A stretch of 34,496 nt of DNA from Bacteriovoracaceae bacterium (GTDB lineage Bacteria; Bdellovibrionota; Bacteriovoracia; Bacteriovoracales; Bacteriovoracaceae): NCBI GenBank assembly GCA_041586955.1, contig JBFGZE010000022.1:1-34496 (forward strand). The letters run 5' to 3'. Position 1 is the stretch's first letter. Every line of letters begins with the position of its first letter. This document shows positions 10,973 to 19,605 of this stretch, one piece after another. Both the position numbers and the translations under genes were made by a program. Below the pieces are notes generated by a model. That model did no database searches, was not told the origin of the DNA, and saw only the letters and a program-made list of their open reading frames with translations.

Positions 10973-11083
10973 TTATTTGATGATTGGTTTTTTATACTTT
11001 TGTTCAAGCTTATTGATAGCTTTCGACGTAAGGATAAAAGTTATCGCGATGGCCGCTAATAAAAAAATTGTCTGATAAACCAT
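10973..11083 (-). CDS. 36-aa small membrane peptide (not in the ORF track)
   Basis: GGGAG RBS 6 nt before ATG. Product MVYQTIFLLAAIAITFILTSKAINKLEQKYKKPIIK has one hydrophobic helix and a basic tail. Confidence 0.6.
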   Translation of the reverse strand: MVYQTIFLLAAIAITFILTSKAINKLEQKYKKPIIK

Positions 11084-11559
11084 TATAAACTCCCGATGAA
11101 ATTTTTCTTATAGCGTAATAATAAATGAATAGAGGGAAGAGAGGGATTGTCGTGAAAGAATAATGGGTGGTGCCTAATAATTAGACAAACAAGATTATAG
11201 CTTGAATAAGTTTTAAATAATTTCAAAGTAAGCTGACTCGTTCTCGCCTAGCGCACTCTATCGTTTGCATAGAGTTGTAAGTGGTCGATTTTTCTTGGGA
11301 GCTCTAATGCCCCTACTTTTGTGTGGAAAAAATAAACGTCAAAAGTACACAATCTATCGATTAAGGCAAGTTCGTTTTCTGGGTGGGGACTCGTTAATAT
11401 CTTAATCTATGTCATTGTTTTATCTGATCAAGACCTTTGCCGGTTTAGCCTTTTATCCCGTAGAGTTCGTATTAAGGTCGATAACTCCTTGGCCCAAAAT
11501 CGGACGATGGGAGTTTTAGATGACATTTGAAGATAAAGCTGAAGACAAAGGAGTTTGCA

Positions 11560-12006
11560 ATGAAAAGTATCAAAATAATTATTTTATTAATCATATCATT
11601 TTTTATGAGCGTAAAGACATTCGCCGTTGCTCCTTATGAATTAAGTTGTGTCATTAAAAATGGATGTCAACATGCAGAAGAAGGTAATTTGGGGTATTGC
11701 GTGTCGGGAGTCACTTTAAATAATAAAAAGGCAATTGTTTCTATTAAGGAGGCGCAATCACCAACGGTACTTTTTCCCATTGAATTTGAAATTATTATTG
11801 AAAAAGTTCAAGATGGTGAAGTGGCATATATAACTGGAACTGATGATATTTTTTATTTTGGTGATAGCGGAGAGCTGTTTGCGATCGGTGATAATCATAT
11901 TCTTCTGGAAAAAGGTGAAGCGGAAAATGGCCAATTTATCGGCTCTCTAACTTTAGAGGAAGATTTTGCTTTTGATGTTACATGCAAAGACCTCTTACAA
12001 GACTAA
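11560..12006 (+). CDS. Hypothetical secreted protein
   Basis: AAGGAG before ATG 11560; signal peptide ending KTFA; acidic, beta-rich mature part with 4 Cys. Confidence 0.8.
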   Translation: MKSIKIIILLIISFFMSVKTFAVAPYELSCVIKNGCQHAEEGNLGYCVSGVTLNNKKAIVSIKEAQSPTVLFPIEFEIIIEKVQDGEVAYITGTDDIFYFGDSGELFAIGDNHILLEKGEAENGQFIGSLTLEEDFAFDVTCKDLLQD

Positions 12007-12016
12007 GGCAGATAAA

Positions 12017-12040
12017 AATGGCCACCATATTGGTGGCCAT
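12017..12040. terminator. Hairpin between convergent genes (possibly a bidirectional terminator)
   Basis: AATGGCCACCA-TAT-TGGTGGCCATT. Confidence 0.75.
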
Positions 12041-12046
12041 TGTCTA

Positions 12047-12643
12047 CTAGAAACAGCGTTTCCACTTTAAATGATAAATAATCCCCGAACTAAAATCCGC
12101 CGAGTCGACTGTCGCAAGGGCATCATCTGCGTAGCGATTGGTTCTCACCATCATTGATGAATTGACTCGTAAATTAACATCTGCGCCACAGGCAGACCAA
12201 ACATTGGCATGAACACCAAGATTATTCGTAACAAGGAAATCGTCATCCATACCACCACGAAAATTTTTGACGTAACGTGGACCTCTTTGGCCTGCGAAGA
12301 AGTATTCTGTGGAAAACCTTGCGGTGGCCCTCCTCGGGATTGAAATATACCCTCTATAGTCGACATCGATAATAGAGACGCTAAAACCTTGAGGAACGTG
12401 AACAGGAATGGCTATACTACAGTTTTTTCGGCCTAGCCGTTTTCCTGATTCCCCACCTGCTTCCACGATAAATTCATCAAATATCATTGAAAGACTGGTG
12501 TTGTCGGGACTGAGTGTGACTGAGGCCGTACCAGAGGGGCACCCTGAACCACCATAACCTGGTTCTCCTAGGGTAATTTGATCAGCAAGTATAGGTGATG
12601 TTAAGCAAGTAATAGTTATTAATAATGAAAATAAGTTCTTCAT
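12047..12643 (-). CDS. DUF4360-family secreted protein
   Basis: Signal peptide; GSGCPSGT, LSPD-SMIFDEF, RKNC-I-VHVPQGFS, DYRGY, WSACG and C-terminal WKRC. Confidence 0.88.
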   Translation of the reverse strand: MKNLFSLLITITCLTSPILADQITLGEPGYGGSGCPSGTASVTLSPDNTSLSMIFDEFIVEAGGESGKRLGRKNCSIAIPVHVPQGFSVSIIDVDYRGYISIPRRATARFSTEYFFAGQRGPRYVKNFRGGMDDDFLVTNNLGVHANVWSACGADVNLRVNSSMMVRTNRYADDALATVDSADFSSGIIYHLKWKRCF

Positions 12644-12866
12644 TTTTGTCTCTCCTCAAAAATTAACCCGGTTGATTCCGCGGCCAATGATAGTTTGCCA
12701 AGACTTAAAAAAAAATAAAGTCAAATTGAGTAGATACTCAAGTAACTGCGCCACGTGGGCCCACTTCGCCTTATTAGATGGCATATGGCGCATTTTTACG
12801 AGATAGAATCATAATTAATAAAGAGTCGTTATTTTTCATGCTAAGTTTTTTAAGTAGGAGGTCTAT

Positions 12867-13646
12867 ATGAGACAAATGTTGATGGCATTTTTTATGTTTA
12901 TATTACTGGGTAAACCAGCAATGGGAAACCTGTTTGATGGAGTTGAACTGCGTGGTAGTGGATGTAAAGAGGGGACAGCTCAAACAATTTTATCTTTTAA
13001 TGGTCAAACGTTATCCCTATTGTTTGATGAAATGAATGCTCAGGTACCGCAATTTGATGGTGATAATGAAAACAATGAGATTGATTTTGACCAAAGGATT
13101 GGGCAATCACGATTTAATAAAAATTTGGCGCGGAAAGTGTGCAATATTATCATTAAGGCGAATATTCCAAAAGGGATGTATTTGGAATCTGTTTATTTTA
13201 AGGGAGACTTTCGCGGTTTTACAGGAATAGAGAAAGGGGCAAAGGCCCTATTTGATGCTCGTATGATTTCTTGGGAAGGGATGGCGAGAAAAACGCAAAG
13301 AGTGAAAACATCGATTGTGCGTAAAGTTTGGAGGTCAGGTGAGTTCTTTGAGGACTGGGGATTGCGAGGAGAAAAAGTAATTCCTATCGCTTCGAATTGT
13401 TCTCGTGGCAATAAGAGGAATATTAAATTAATACTTAAAAATATAATTAAATTACAGATAAAAGATGATTTTATTAATCGCGGCGTTCATGCTGAGATCG
13501 GCCTTGATAGTGGCGATTTAATGGGGCATTTGGCATTAACCCCAAAACTCGCCAAATGTAAAAATCAAGTGACTAGGCCAATTGGAAAAAAGGTTTCACG
13601 AAGAAGAGTAACCCGACCTCGGCGCCTAAAACGTATCCTAAGATGA
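12867..13646 (+). CDS. DUF4360-family secreted protein with an Arg/Lys-rich C-terminal tail
   Basis: Signal peptide; GSGCKEGT, LSLLFDEM, RKVCNI-IPKG and DFRGF motifs. Confidence 0.8.
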   Translation: MRQMLMAFFMFILLGKPAMGNLFDGVELRGSGCKEGTAQTILSFNGQTLSLLFDEMNAQVPQFDGDNENNEIDFDQRIGQSRFNKNLARKVCNIIIKANIPKGMYLESVYFKGDFRGFTGIEKGAKALFDARMISWEGMARKTQRVKTSIVRKVWRSGEFFEDWGLRGEKVIPIASNCSRGNKRNIKLILKNIIKLQIKDDFINRGVHAEIGLDSGDLMGHLALTPKLAKCKNQVTRPIGKKVSRRRVTRPRRLKRILR

Positions 13647-13870
13647 GGGCATGGACAATTATTTGGTAAAGAATTGGGAGGTTGTGTCTAAGCTAAATTT
13701 AGGGTCAATTAGACACTTGGTAAAAATGAAAGGATATAAATGTCGAAAAATTAATAGGTGAATCTTTCATTTTATGTCTCTGAAGCTAAAATGGACTGTT
13801 TTAATTTTTTTTTTGAATGCAGGAATTAATTTTGAGGTAAAAGTTAATAAAAGGTCACTGAGGAGTTTAG

Positions 13871-14629
13871 GTGAGCATTCAAAACGAGCTTAAAGAGTTA
13901 ATCGATCATTATTTTAATTGCTATCCCAATATGTCTATTAATGCACTCTCTAAACGATCAAACGTTCCAGCGACCACATTACGACGTATTAAGGATGGTA
14001 AGACTAAAAGTGAACCTGCTCCTCATACTGTACTCAATTTAATGAGTGCCTTGTTTAGAGAAAAAACGTTGGCCAATATTATCAAAAAATCATCGGGAGA
14101 AATTCGCCAATTATTAGAAAAAAATTTTTCTCTTTTTGCTCAGGAGGAGAGTGATCATGAATTTAATGTGATCCTCAATAAGGCCCTAGAAGATGAGATG
14201 GGTTATAATATTTACAAGTTGGCCGCGAATCGAATAGGTATCTCTCTGGCCAAAATACAAGATTTATTTGGGGCACGAGGGGAGAAGGCCTTGGCCGACT
14301 TAAGAGAGAAGGGTTTGTTAGAATGCAAAAAAGAAAATGGTCTTGATGTTTTTCACGCAAAAAAGAAAAAATTTTCCATTGACCTAGAAACCGCGGTTAA
14401 TCATTTACCGCATCTTCTCACTTATTACAAACCCAAGCACGTTGATCGCGGGCAAAATATTTTTTACAGCTTTAGTGAGGCCTTAAGCGAGGAAGGGATC
14501 CAGAAAATAAAAGAAATTCAAAAGGAGGCCATTACAAAAATATACCATGTTATGGAATCACCTTTTTACTCTGGCCATATTCATTATTTTTCAGTCAATT
14601 TGGCAGATACGATGGAATACGGGAGCTAA
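13871..14629 (+). CDS. HTH transcriptional regulator, TIGR02147/DUF4423-like
   Basis: GAGGAG RBS and GTG start; N-terminal HTH (SINALSKRSNVPATTLRRI); central wHTH-like segment; C-terminal LSEEGIQKIKEI segment. Confidence 0.65.
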   Translation: MSIQNELKELIDHYFNCYPNMSINALSKRSNVPATTLRRIKDGKTKSEPAPHTVLNLMSALFREKTLANIIKKSSGEIRQLLEKNFSLFAQEESDHEFNVILNKALEDEMGYNIYKLAANRIGISLAKIQDLFGARGEKALADLREKGLLECKKENGLDVFHAKKKKFSIDLETAVNHLPHLLTYYKPKHVDRGQNIFYSFSEALSEEGIQKIKEIQKEAITKIYHVMESPFYSGHIHYFSVNLADTMEYGS

Positions 14630-14630
14630 T

Positions 14631-14990
14631 ATGAAATATCTAATAATGATGATCTTAACTATTATAATTCATCAATCTCATGGAGGTGAGGTTACTGGAG
14701 CAGGAGGTCCTATGATGACATTATTAAAGGAGAATAAACTTAATCCCGAGCAATTGATCAAAGATGGTTATCAATTTTTTTTGGGAGAAGCGACAGGGGC
14801 CGGAATGGCATATGAAATTGAGCGTATCCGCTTCTTATTGTCTAAAAAACGGGTTTATTCGATGAAAGATTTGCGACAAATTGAATATCTTCGACCATCG
14901 GCCAATTATAATCTGAATGATGTTCATTTATTGGATTTTGGTGACACACGTTTAAAGGTGCACGAGATTAAAGGAATCATTCTCCAATAG
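14631..14990 (+). CDS. Hypothetical secreted protein with two GExTGAG motifs
   Basis: ATG 2 nt after the regulator stop, with GGGAG RBS; signal peptide; GEVTGAG and GEATGAG. Confidence 0.8.
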   Translation: MKYLIMMILTIIIHQSHGGEVTGAGGPMMTLLKENKLNPEQLIKDGYQFFLGEATGAGMAYEIERIRFLLSKKRVYSMKDLRQIEYLRPSANYNLNDVHLLDFGDTRLKVHEIKGIILQ

Positions 14991-14995
14991 AAAGT

Positions 14996-15021
14996 GGAGG
15001 TGACCCTTTAGTGTCACCTCC
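14996..15021 (+). terminator. Hairpin after the regulator-secreted protein operon
   Basis: GGAGGTGAC-CCTTTAGT-GTCACCTCC. Confidence 0.6.
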
Positions 15022-15212
15022 CATATTCAAATTAATTCGGCGAGACAAAGATTCTAAAGGTATCGTTTGTCATCAAATGCCATATTGTTATCTTGTATGT
15101 TATTTTGATTTTTGCTATTGTTCCGGCAAATAGTCTCCTCATTCATTCTTTTAATGACTTTAAAAAAGTACTTTGTTCGTTGTATTTTGGGTTGGAATCT
15201 TCAAAAAAGGCA

Positions 15213-15965
15213 ATGAGTATGAAATTAAGTCCAAAGCAAGAAGAGATGTGCAGTTCTAGTATTTGGGACTATTCTGATCTTCAGGCGATCTTTCTTAATT
15301 GCACCTTGAAAAAATCACCAGAAATTTCTCATACTGAAGGTTTATGGCAAATCGCAAAATCAATTCTTGAGGGAAACCATGTCACCATTGAAGAAATTCG
15401 ATTGATCGATCACAGTATTGCTTTCGGCATATGGGGTGATATGACTGAACATGGTTACGGTAAAGACGATTGGCCAATGCTTTATGAAAAAATAAAAAAG
15501 TCCGATATTATCATCATTGGTTCCGCTATCTGGTTGGGTGAAAAAACATCAGTTTGCTCAATGCTCATTGAGCGGCTTTACGCTAATTCTCATCTTTTAA
15601 ATGAGCAGGGTCAATATGCTAATTACGGTAAAGTTGGAGGCTGTTTAATTACTGGCAATGAAGATGGCGCCAAGCATTGTTCGATGAATATTTTATACTC
15701 TCTTCAACATTTAGGCTATGTGATTCCTCCGCAAGCTGATGCCGCTTGGTTGGGGCCGGTGGGGCCTGGGCCTTCTTATCTTGATGAGGGGTCAGGGGGG
15801 CCAGAAAGTGATTTTACCAATCGCAATACAACCTTTATGACATGGAATCTTTTACATTTGGCACGTCTTTTAAAAGATGCTGGAGGAATACCGGCCCATG
15901 GTAATCAACGCTCGGAATGGGATGCTGGCTGCCGCTTTGATTATCCGAATCCTGATTATCGCTAG
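15213..15965 (+). CDS. Flavodoxin-like NADPH-dependent FMN reductase family protein
   Basis: NCTLKKSP-SHT, GSAIWLG, GKVGGCLITGNEDGAKHC and IPPQADA-W-GPGPSY motifs. The start may be 15213 or 15219. Confidence 0.9.
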   Translation: MSMKLSPKQEEMCSSSIWDYSDLQAIFLNCTLKKSPEISHTEGLWQIAKSILEGNHVTIEEIRLIDHSIAFGIWGDMTEHGYGKDDWPMLYEKIKKSDIIIIGSAIWLGEKTSVCSMLIERLYANSHLLNEQGQYANYGKVGGCLITGNEDGAKHCSMNILYSLQHLGYVIPPQADAAWLGPVGPGPSYLDEGSGGPESDFTNRNTTFMTWNLLHLARLLKDAGGIPAHGNQRSEWDAGCRFDYPNPDYR

Positions 15966-15982
15966 CGTTAAGAGATATATGA

Positions 15983-16219
15983 ATGGAAATGGCAATTGTT
16001 TTAGTTACGATTTCACTTTCAATGATTACTTTTGCTTTGATTTCTTATCAATCAAGCAATTTTTCTATGACCGCGCCAAAGGTTTTTATTCTCTTTCCTG
16101 CGGTAATGGGAACCGTCTCCTTATGTATCTTCCTACGTCGTATAGCGTTTATTCTTTTTGGAAAATTACATACTCAATCTATTGCTAAAAAAAATAATTC
16201 TTTCTGTGAGCATTCTTAA
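15983..16219 (+). CDS. Small hypothetical membrane protein
   Basis: Two hydrophobic segments; follows the flavodoxin gene on the same strand. Confidence 0.5.
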   Translation: MEMAIVLVTISLSMITFALISYQSSNFSMTAPKVFILFPAVMGTVSLCIFLRRIAFILFGKLHTQSIAKKNNSFCEHS

Positions 16220-16365
16220 ATTTATGAGCTGCTCATTTAAAATACGGGGCAACACAATAAGGGCTAATAACAAAAGGAGTATTGATGACAAATAAAATTA
16301 GAGAATCACCTCCCTTAAATGGAATAGAGAAGATAATTTTATCAAAATGAAAAAGGAGATCAGAA

Positions 16366-17286
16366 ATGAATCATCTAAGCATGAAGTCTTGTTGGAAGAA
16401 TATTATGATGTCGATTGTTTTCTTGATGAGTATAATGCATTTCAATCTGGCCATGGGCAATGCCCTTCCGGCGAATACCGCTAAAATCGCAGATGGAGTT
16501 TATAGCTTCGGAGGGGTGGTGCCGTATTATTCTATGTTCATTGTTACCGAGGAAGGAGTTCTTGTCATTGAACCGGTTAACACTAACCATTCTTTGATGA
16601 TGTTACAGGCCATTCGTGAGATTACTGATAAACCAATTAAATACCTATTCCATAGTCACAATCATTGGGATCATTCTAAAGGAGGTAAGGTTTTTCAGGA
16701 TGCAGGTGCTAAAATCGTCGCTCATAAAGAGGCCTATGATTGGATGGTTGCCAATCCTCATGAAGATATGAGCACTCCTGATGAGTATTGGGAAGGAAGT
16801 AAAAAAGTTGTTCAATTAGGCGGAATGACTTTAGAACTTCATTATTTAGGAATGAATCATGGTCTAGGTAATACCATTTTTCTTTTACCTGATGAGAAGG
16901 TTGCTTATATGGCCGATATTGTGACACCAAAAAGGGTTCTTTTTAGCATTGTTCCGGATTTTAATATAAAGGAATGGGAGCGCTCTTTAAACGAAATATT
17001 GGAAATGGATTTTGAACGAGCCATTTTTTCTCATAGTAACGCTGTTAATCCAATTCTCGGTGGTACTAAAACAGATATTAAAGAGAATTTACAATTTATA
17101 CAGGATTTAAGGTCTGCTGTGCGTTCTGAGTTTGTTAACGGAACAGATCCGATGATGATTCCCGGAATTGTCAGTTTACCTAAGTATAGTGACTGGGCGA
17201 TGTATAATGAATGGCTTACGATGAATGCCTGGCGCATTATGCTGGATGATTGGATGGGGCCTTTTCCCTGGCGCCCTAACAAGTAA
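16366..17286 (+). CDS. Secreted MBL-fold metallo-hydrolase
   Basis: HSHNHWDH metal motif, plus later His, Asp and His ligands (MNHG, ADIV, FSH); signal peptide; AAGGAG RBS. Confidence 0.9.
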   Translation: MNHLSMKSCWKNIMMSIVFLMSIMHFNLAMGNALPANTAKIADGVYSFGGVVPYYSMFIVTEEGVLVIEPVNTNHSLMMLQAIREITDKPIKYLFHSHNHWDHSKGGKVFQDAGAKIVAHKEAYDWMVANPHEDMSTPDEYWEGSKKVVQLGGMTLELHYLGMNHGLGNTIFLLPDEKVAYMADIVTPKRVLFSIVPDFNIKEWERSLNEILEMDFERAIFSHSNAVNPILGGTKTDIKENLQFIQDLRSAVRSEFVNGTDPMMIPGIVSLPKYSDWAMYNEWLTMNAWRIMLDDWMGPFPWRPNK

Positions 17287-17290
17287 GCAT

Positions 17291-18430
17291 TCATGGATTG
17301 TCAAAATATGCCGTCAATTCGCGATGCTTTTTGAGGGTATCTTTATAACCAAGGTGGATGAGGTCTTCTATATAATCTTTTTCAAATAATATATAGCTTA
17401 TTAGTTCGGCCGTATCCTCCTTGGTTCCAAGTCCTTTAACAAAGTATTTAATTGATCCTGGTAATGAATCATAATGTTTAAGAGCAATTGAGGTGACAGG
17501 CCTACTAGGCCGTACAATAAAAGCATCAATTTGTTGAAATGAGGATTTAACATGACAATCGTCATTTCTTTTTGAGAGTTCATTAATCGTATTCAATTTT
17601 TCAAAATCAATATCAACAGAATCCGTCATCATTCCATCGATAATGGATGAAATAATTTTCGCAGTGGTAGGGAGTGTGTGGCAAGTATACTCCTCATTAT
17701 AGGCACCTTTGGGAGTAACCATTAAGATTTTAGTGGCCCCTAAATGGATGGGAGCGGCAAACGGTGCATAATCGCGTACACTACCATCTGATAAATAATT
17801 TTTTCCCACTTTAATAGGAGGGAAAAGAATAGGGATCGCCGAAGATGCTTTTAAATGCTCAAGAGTAATTTTTGAATTAATACCAACTCGTTTAAACCTC
17901 TTCCAGCCTTCTTTTTTTTGATTACTCTCAAAAAAACTAATGGTTTTCCCTGTATTAAAACAAAAGCAATTAATGGCAAAACTATTGATAATACCTTTAT
18001 TAATGAGAGGAGATATATTTTTAATATTAATTTGCTCGACAAGATTGGTATAGAGGGGTTCTGGATTGAGAAGGCTAAGAGATTGGCTATCCGATTCACC
18101 ATGCCCTTCAAGGGTTAAGCTCTTCAACCACTTCATGCCATTTAACGCCATCGATCCCCAGTCCGTGCGATATATTTTTTCCGTTCCTAAGTTTAGCCAT
18201 TTCTTTTTAAGGTCCTCCACGGCGAGAGAAGCACCTGCGTGCTCTAAGGAACTAAGAAAGATGGACAAGTTAATGGCCCCAGCGCTAGAGGCGACAAATG
18301 TTTTAAAGGGAAGCCCATATTGATGATTATCAAAAATATCGATAAGAGCTTCAAGAACCCCTACCTGGTAGGCCCCGCGAGCGCCACCACCGATCAAAAC
18401 TAAAGAATAATTACGAGAGGCCTTTGTCAT
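17291..18430 (-). CDS. Patatin-like phospholipase
   Basis: GGGARGAYQVG oxyanion loop, ASSAG nucleophile elbow, ASSAIP-LFP and SDGS. Confidence 0.9.
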   Translation of the reverse strand: MTKASRNYSLVLIGGGARGAYQVGVLEALIDIFDNHQYGLPFKTFVASSAGAINLSIFLSSLEHAGASLAVEDLKKKWLNLGTEKIYRTDWGSMALNGMKWLKSLTLEGHGESDSQSLSLLNPEPLYTNLVEQINIKNISPLINKGIINSFAINCFCFNTGKTISFFESNQKKEGWKRFKRVGINSKITLEHLKASSAIPILFPPIKVGKNYLSDGSVRDYAPFAAPIHLGATKILMVTPKGAYNEEYTCHTLPTTAKIISSIIDGMMTDSVDIDFEKLNTINELSKRNDDCHVKSSFQQIDAFIVRPSRPVTSIALKHYDSLPGSIKYFVKGLGTKEDTAELISYILFEKDYIEDLIHLGYKDTLKKHRELTAYFDNP

Positions 18431-18564
18431 AAATCTCCCTATTTTAAAGGGACTTTATAGCATAATCTATAATCCGAAGTGATAAAAATAGACCAAGGAT
18501 TTTAGGCCTTAGTTCCTCTCGGATAAAAATAGTCTACTACCCACTGGGTTGGGAATTCTCGCAT

Positions 18565-19446
18565 TCATGGAATAATTAGAATCGATTGGGCCGTTCTTTT
18601 GAGGATATAATCTGTTGTGCTTCCCAGCAACCAACGCTTGATCCCATGATGGCCATGTGAGCCCATGACGAGAAGGTCATTCTTTTGCTTGGCAAGGTAA
18701 TCCAAAATGAATTCCCCTATTGCAATATAATGTCCTTTTTCAATATACGTATGAATGGGGTTATTGAACTGATTACTGAGAATATTTGCCTTATCGAGGG
18801 CCTCCGTCTTGGCGATCTCTAAGGCGGTATTAAGGTCATTTATCTCTAAACTATAATTAGAAATTTCCAAAACTGTTTTAGGGTTAACGATATGAAGAAA
18901 ATTCAAATGGATATTGCTATCATCAAATAAAATTTTACCTATCGCAACGGCCTTCTCCTCTAGTTTTAAAGTTTCGGTACAAATAAGAGGGGATTGGGGT
19001 AATTCTTTTAAGCTTTCGTGAACTCCTAGTATTGGAACGGTCGCATATTCAAAGAGTCGTTGCGCAATACTGCCTATAAAAATTTGCTCTAATAAAGAAT
19101 GACCCTTAAGCCCGATCACCATAAAGGAGGCATTATTATTGGTGATTGATTGCAACACCGAGGCAAGAACAACTCCTGACCAAATCTCAATCTTACCATC
19201 AAATTCAGGAATTTGATCTAAATGATGAAAAAGCTTCTCTTTCGTTTTTGGATTAATGTTTGATTTTTTAAGTTCTTCTTTGCCGCTAAATGCACCTTCA
19301 AGAATGCCATCTTTGGCATCGGGGACATTATCTTCAACATGGAGAATAATAGGAGTTTGATTATGTTGTTTGGACCACTTTATTCCGATACGAAGAGTGT
19401 TGATGGAACGATCTGATAAATCTGTAGCAATAATCATATTTGTCAT
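18565..19446 (-). CDS. Universal stress protein (tandem USP domains)
   Basis: IIATDLSD, MVIG-KGHS-IFIGSIA and LLVMGSHGHHG-LLGSTT motifs; AGGAGG RBS. Confidence 0.92.
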   Translation of the reverse strand: MTNMIIATDLSDRSINTLRIGIKWSKQHNQTPIILHVEDNVPDAKDGILEGAFSGKEELKKSNINPKTKEKLFHHLDQIPEFDGKIEIWSGVVLASVLQSITNNNASFMVIGLKGHSLLEQIFIGSIAQRLFEYATVPILGVHESLKELPQSPLICTETLKLEEKAVAIGKILFDDSNIHLNFLHIVNPKTVLEISNYSLEINDLNTALEIAKTEALDKANILSNQFNNPIHTYIEKGHYIAIGEFILDYLAKQKNDLLVMGSHGHHGIKRWLLGSTTDYILKRTAQSILIIP

Positions 19447-19579
19447 TGGAAAACCTCCTATAGTGAGCTGCATTTTATCTTCGCATTAATATATACTTTT
19501 ATTGATGAGCTTGCTCGTCCCTTTTTGTGATTTACATCAGGGTTTGGGACTCGGGTTTTACCTTCTTAGGCACAAACTT

Positions 19580-19588
19580 TGCTATAAT
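19580..19588 (+). promoter_or_regulatory. Extended -10 element for the CDF transporter
   Basis: TGCTATAAT 17 nt upstream of the TTG start. Confidence 0.45.
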
Positions 19589-19605
19589 ACAAAAAGAGGT
19601 AGAGT

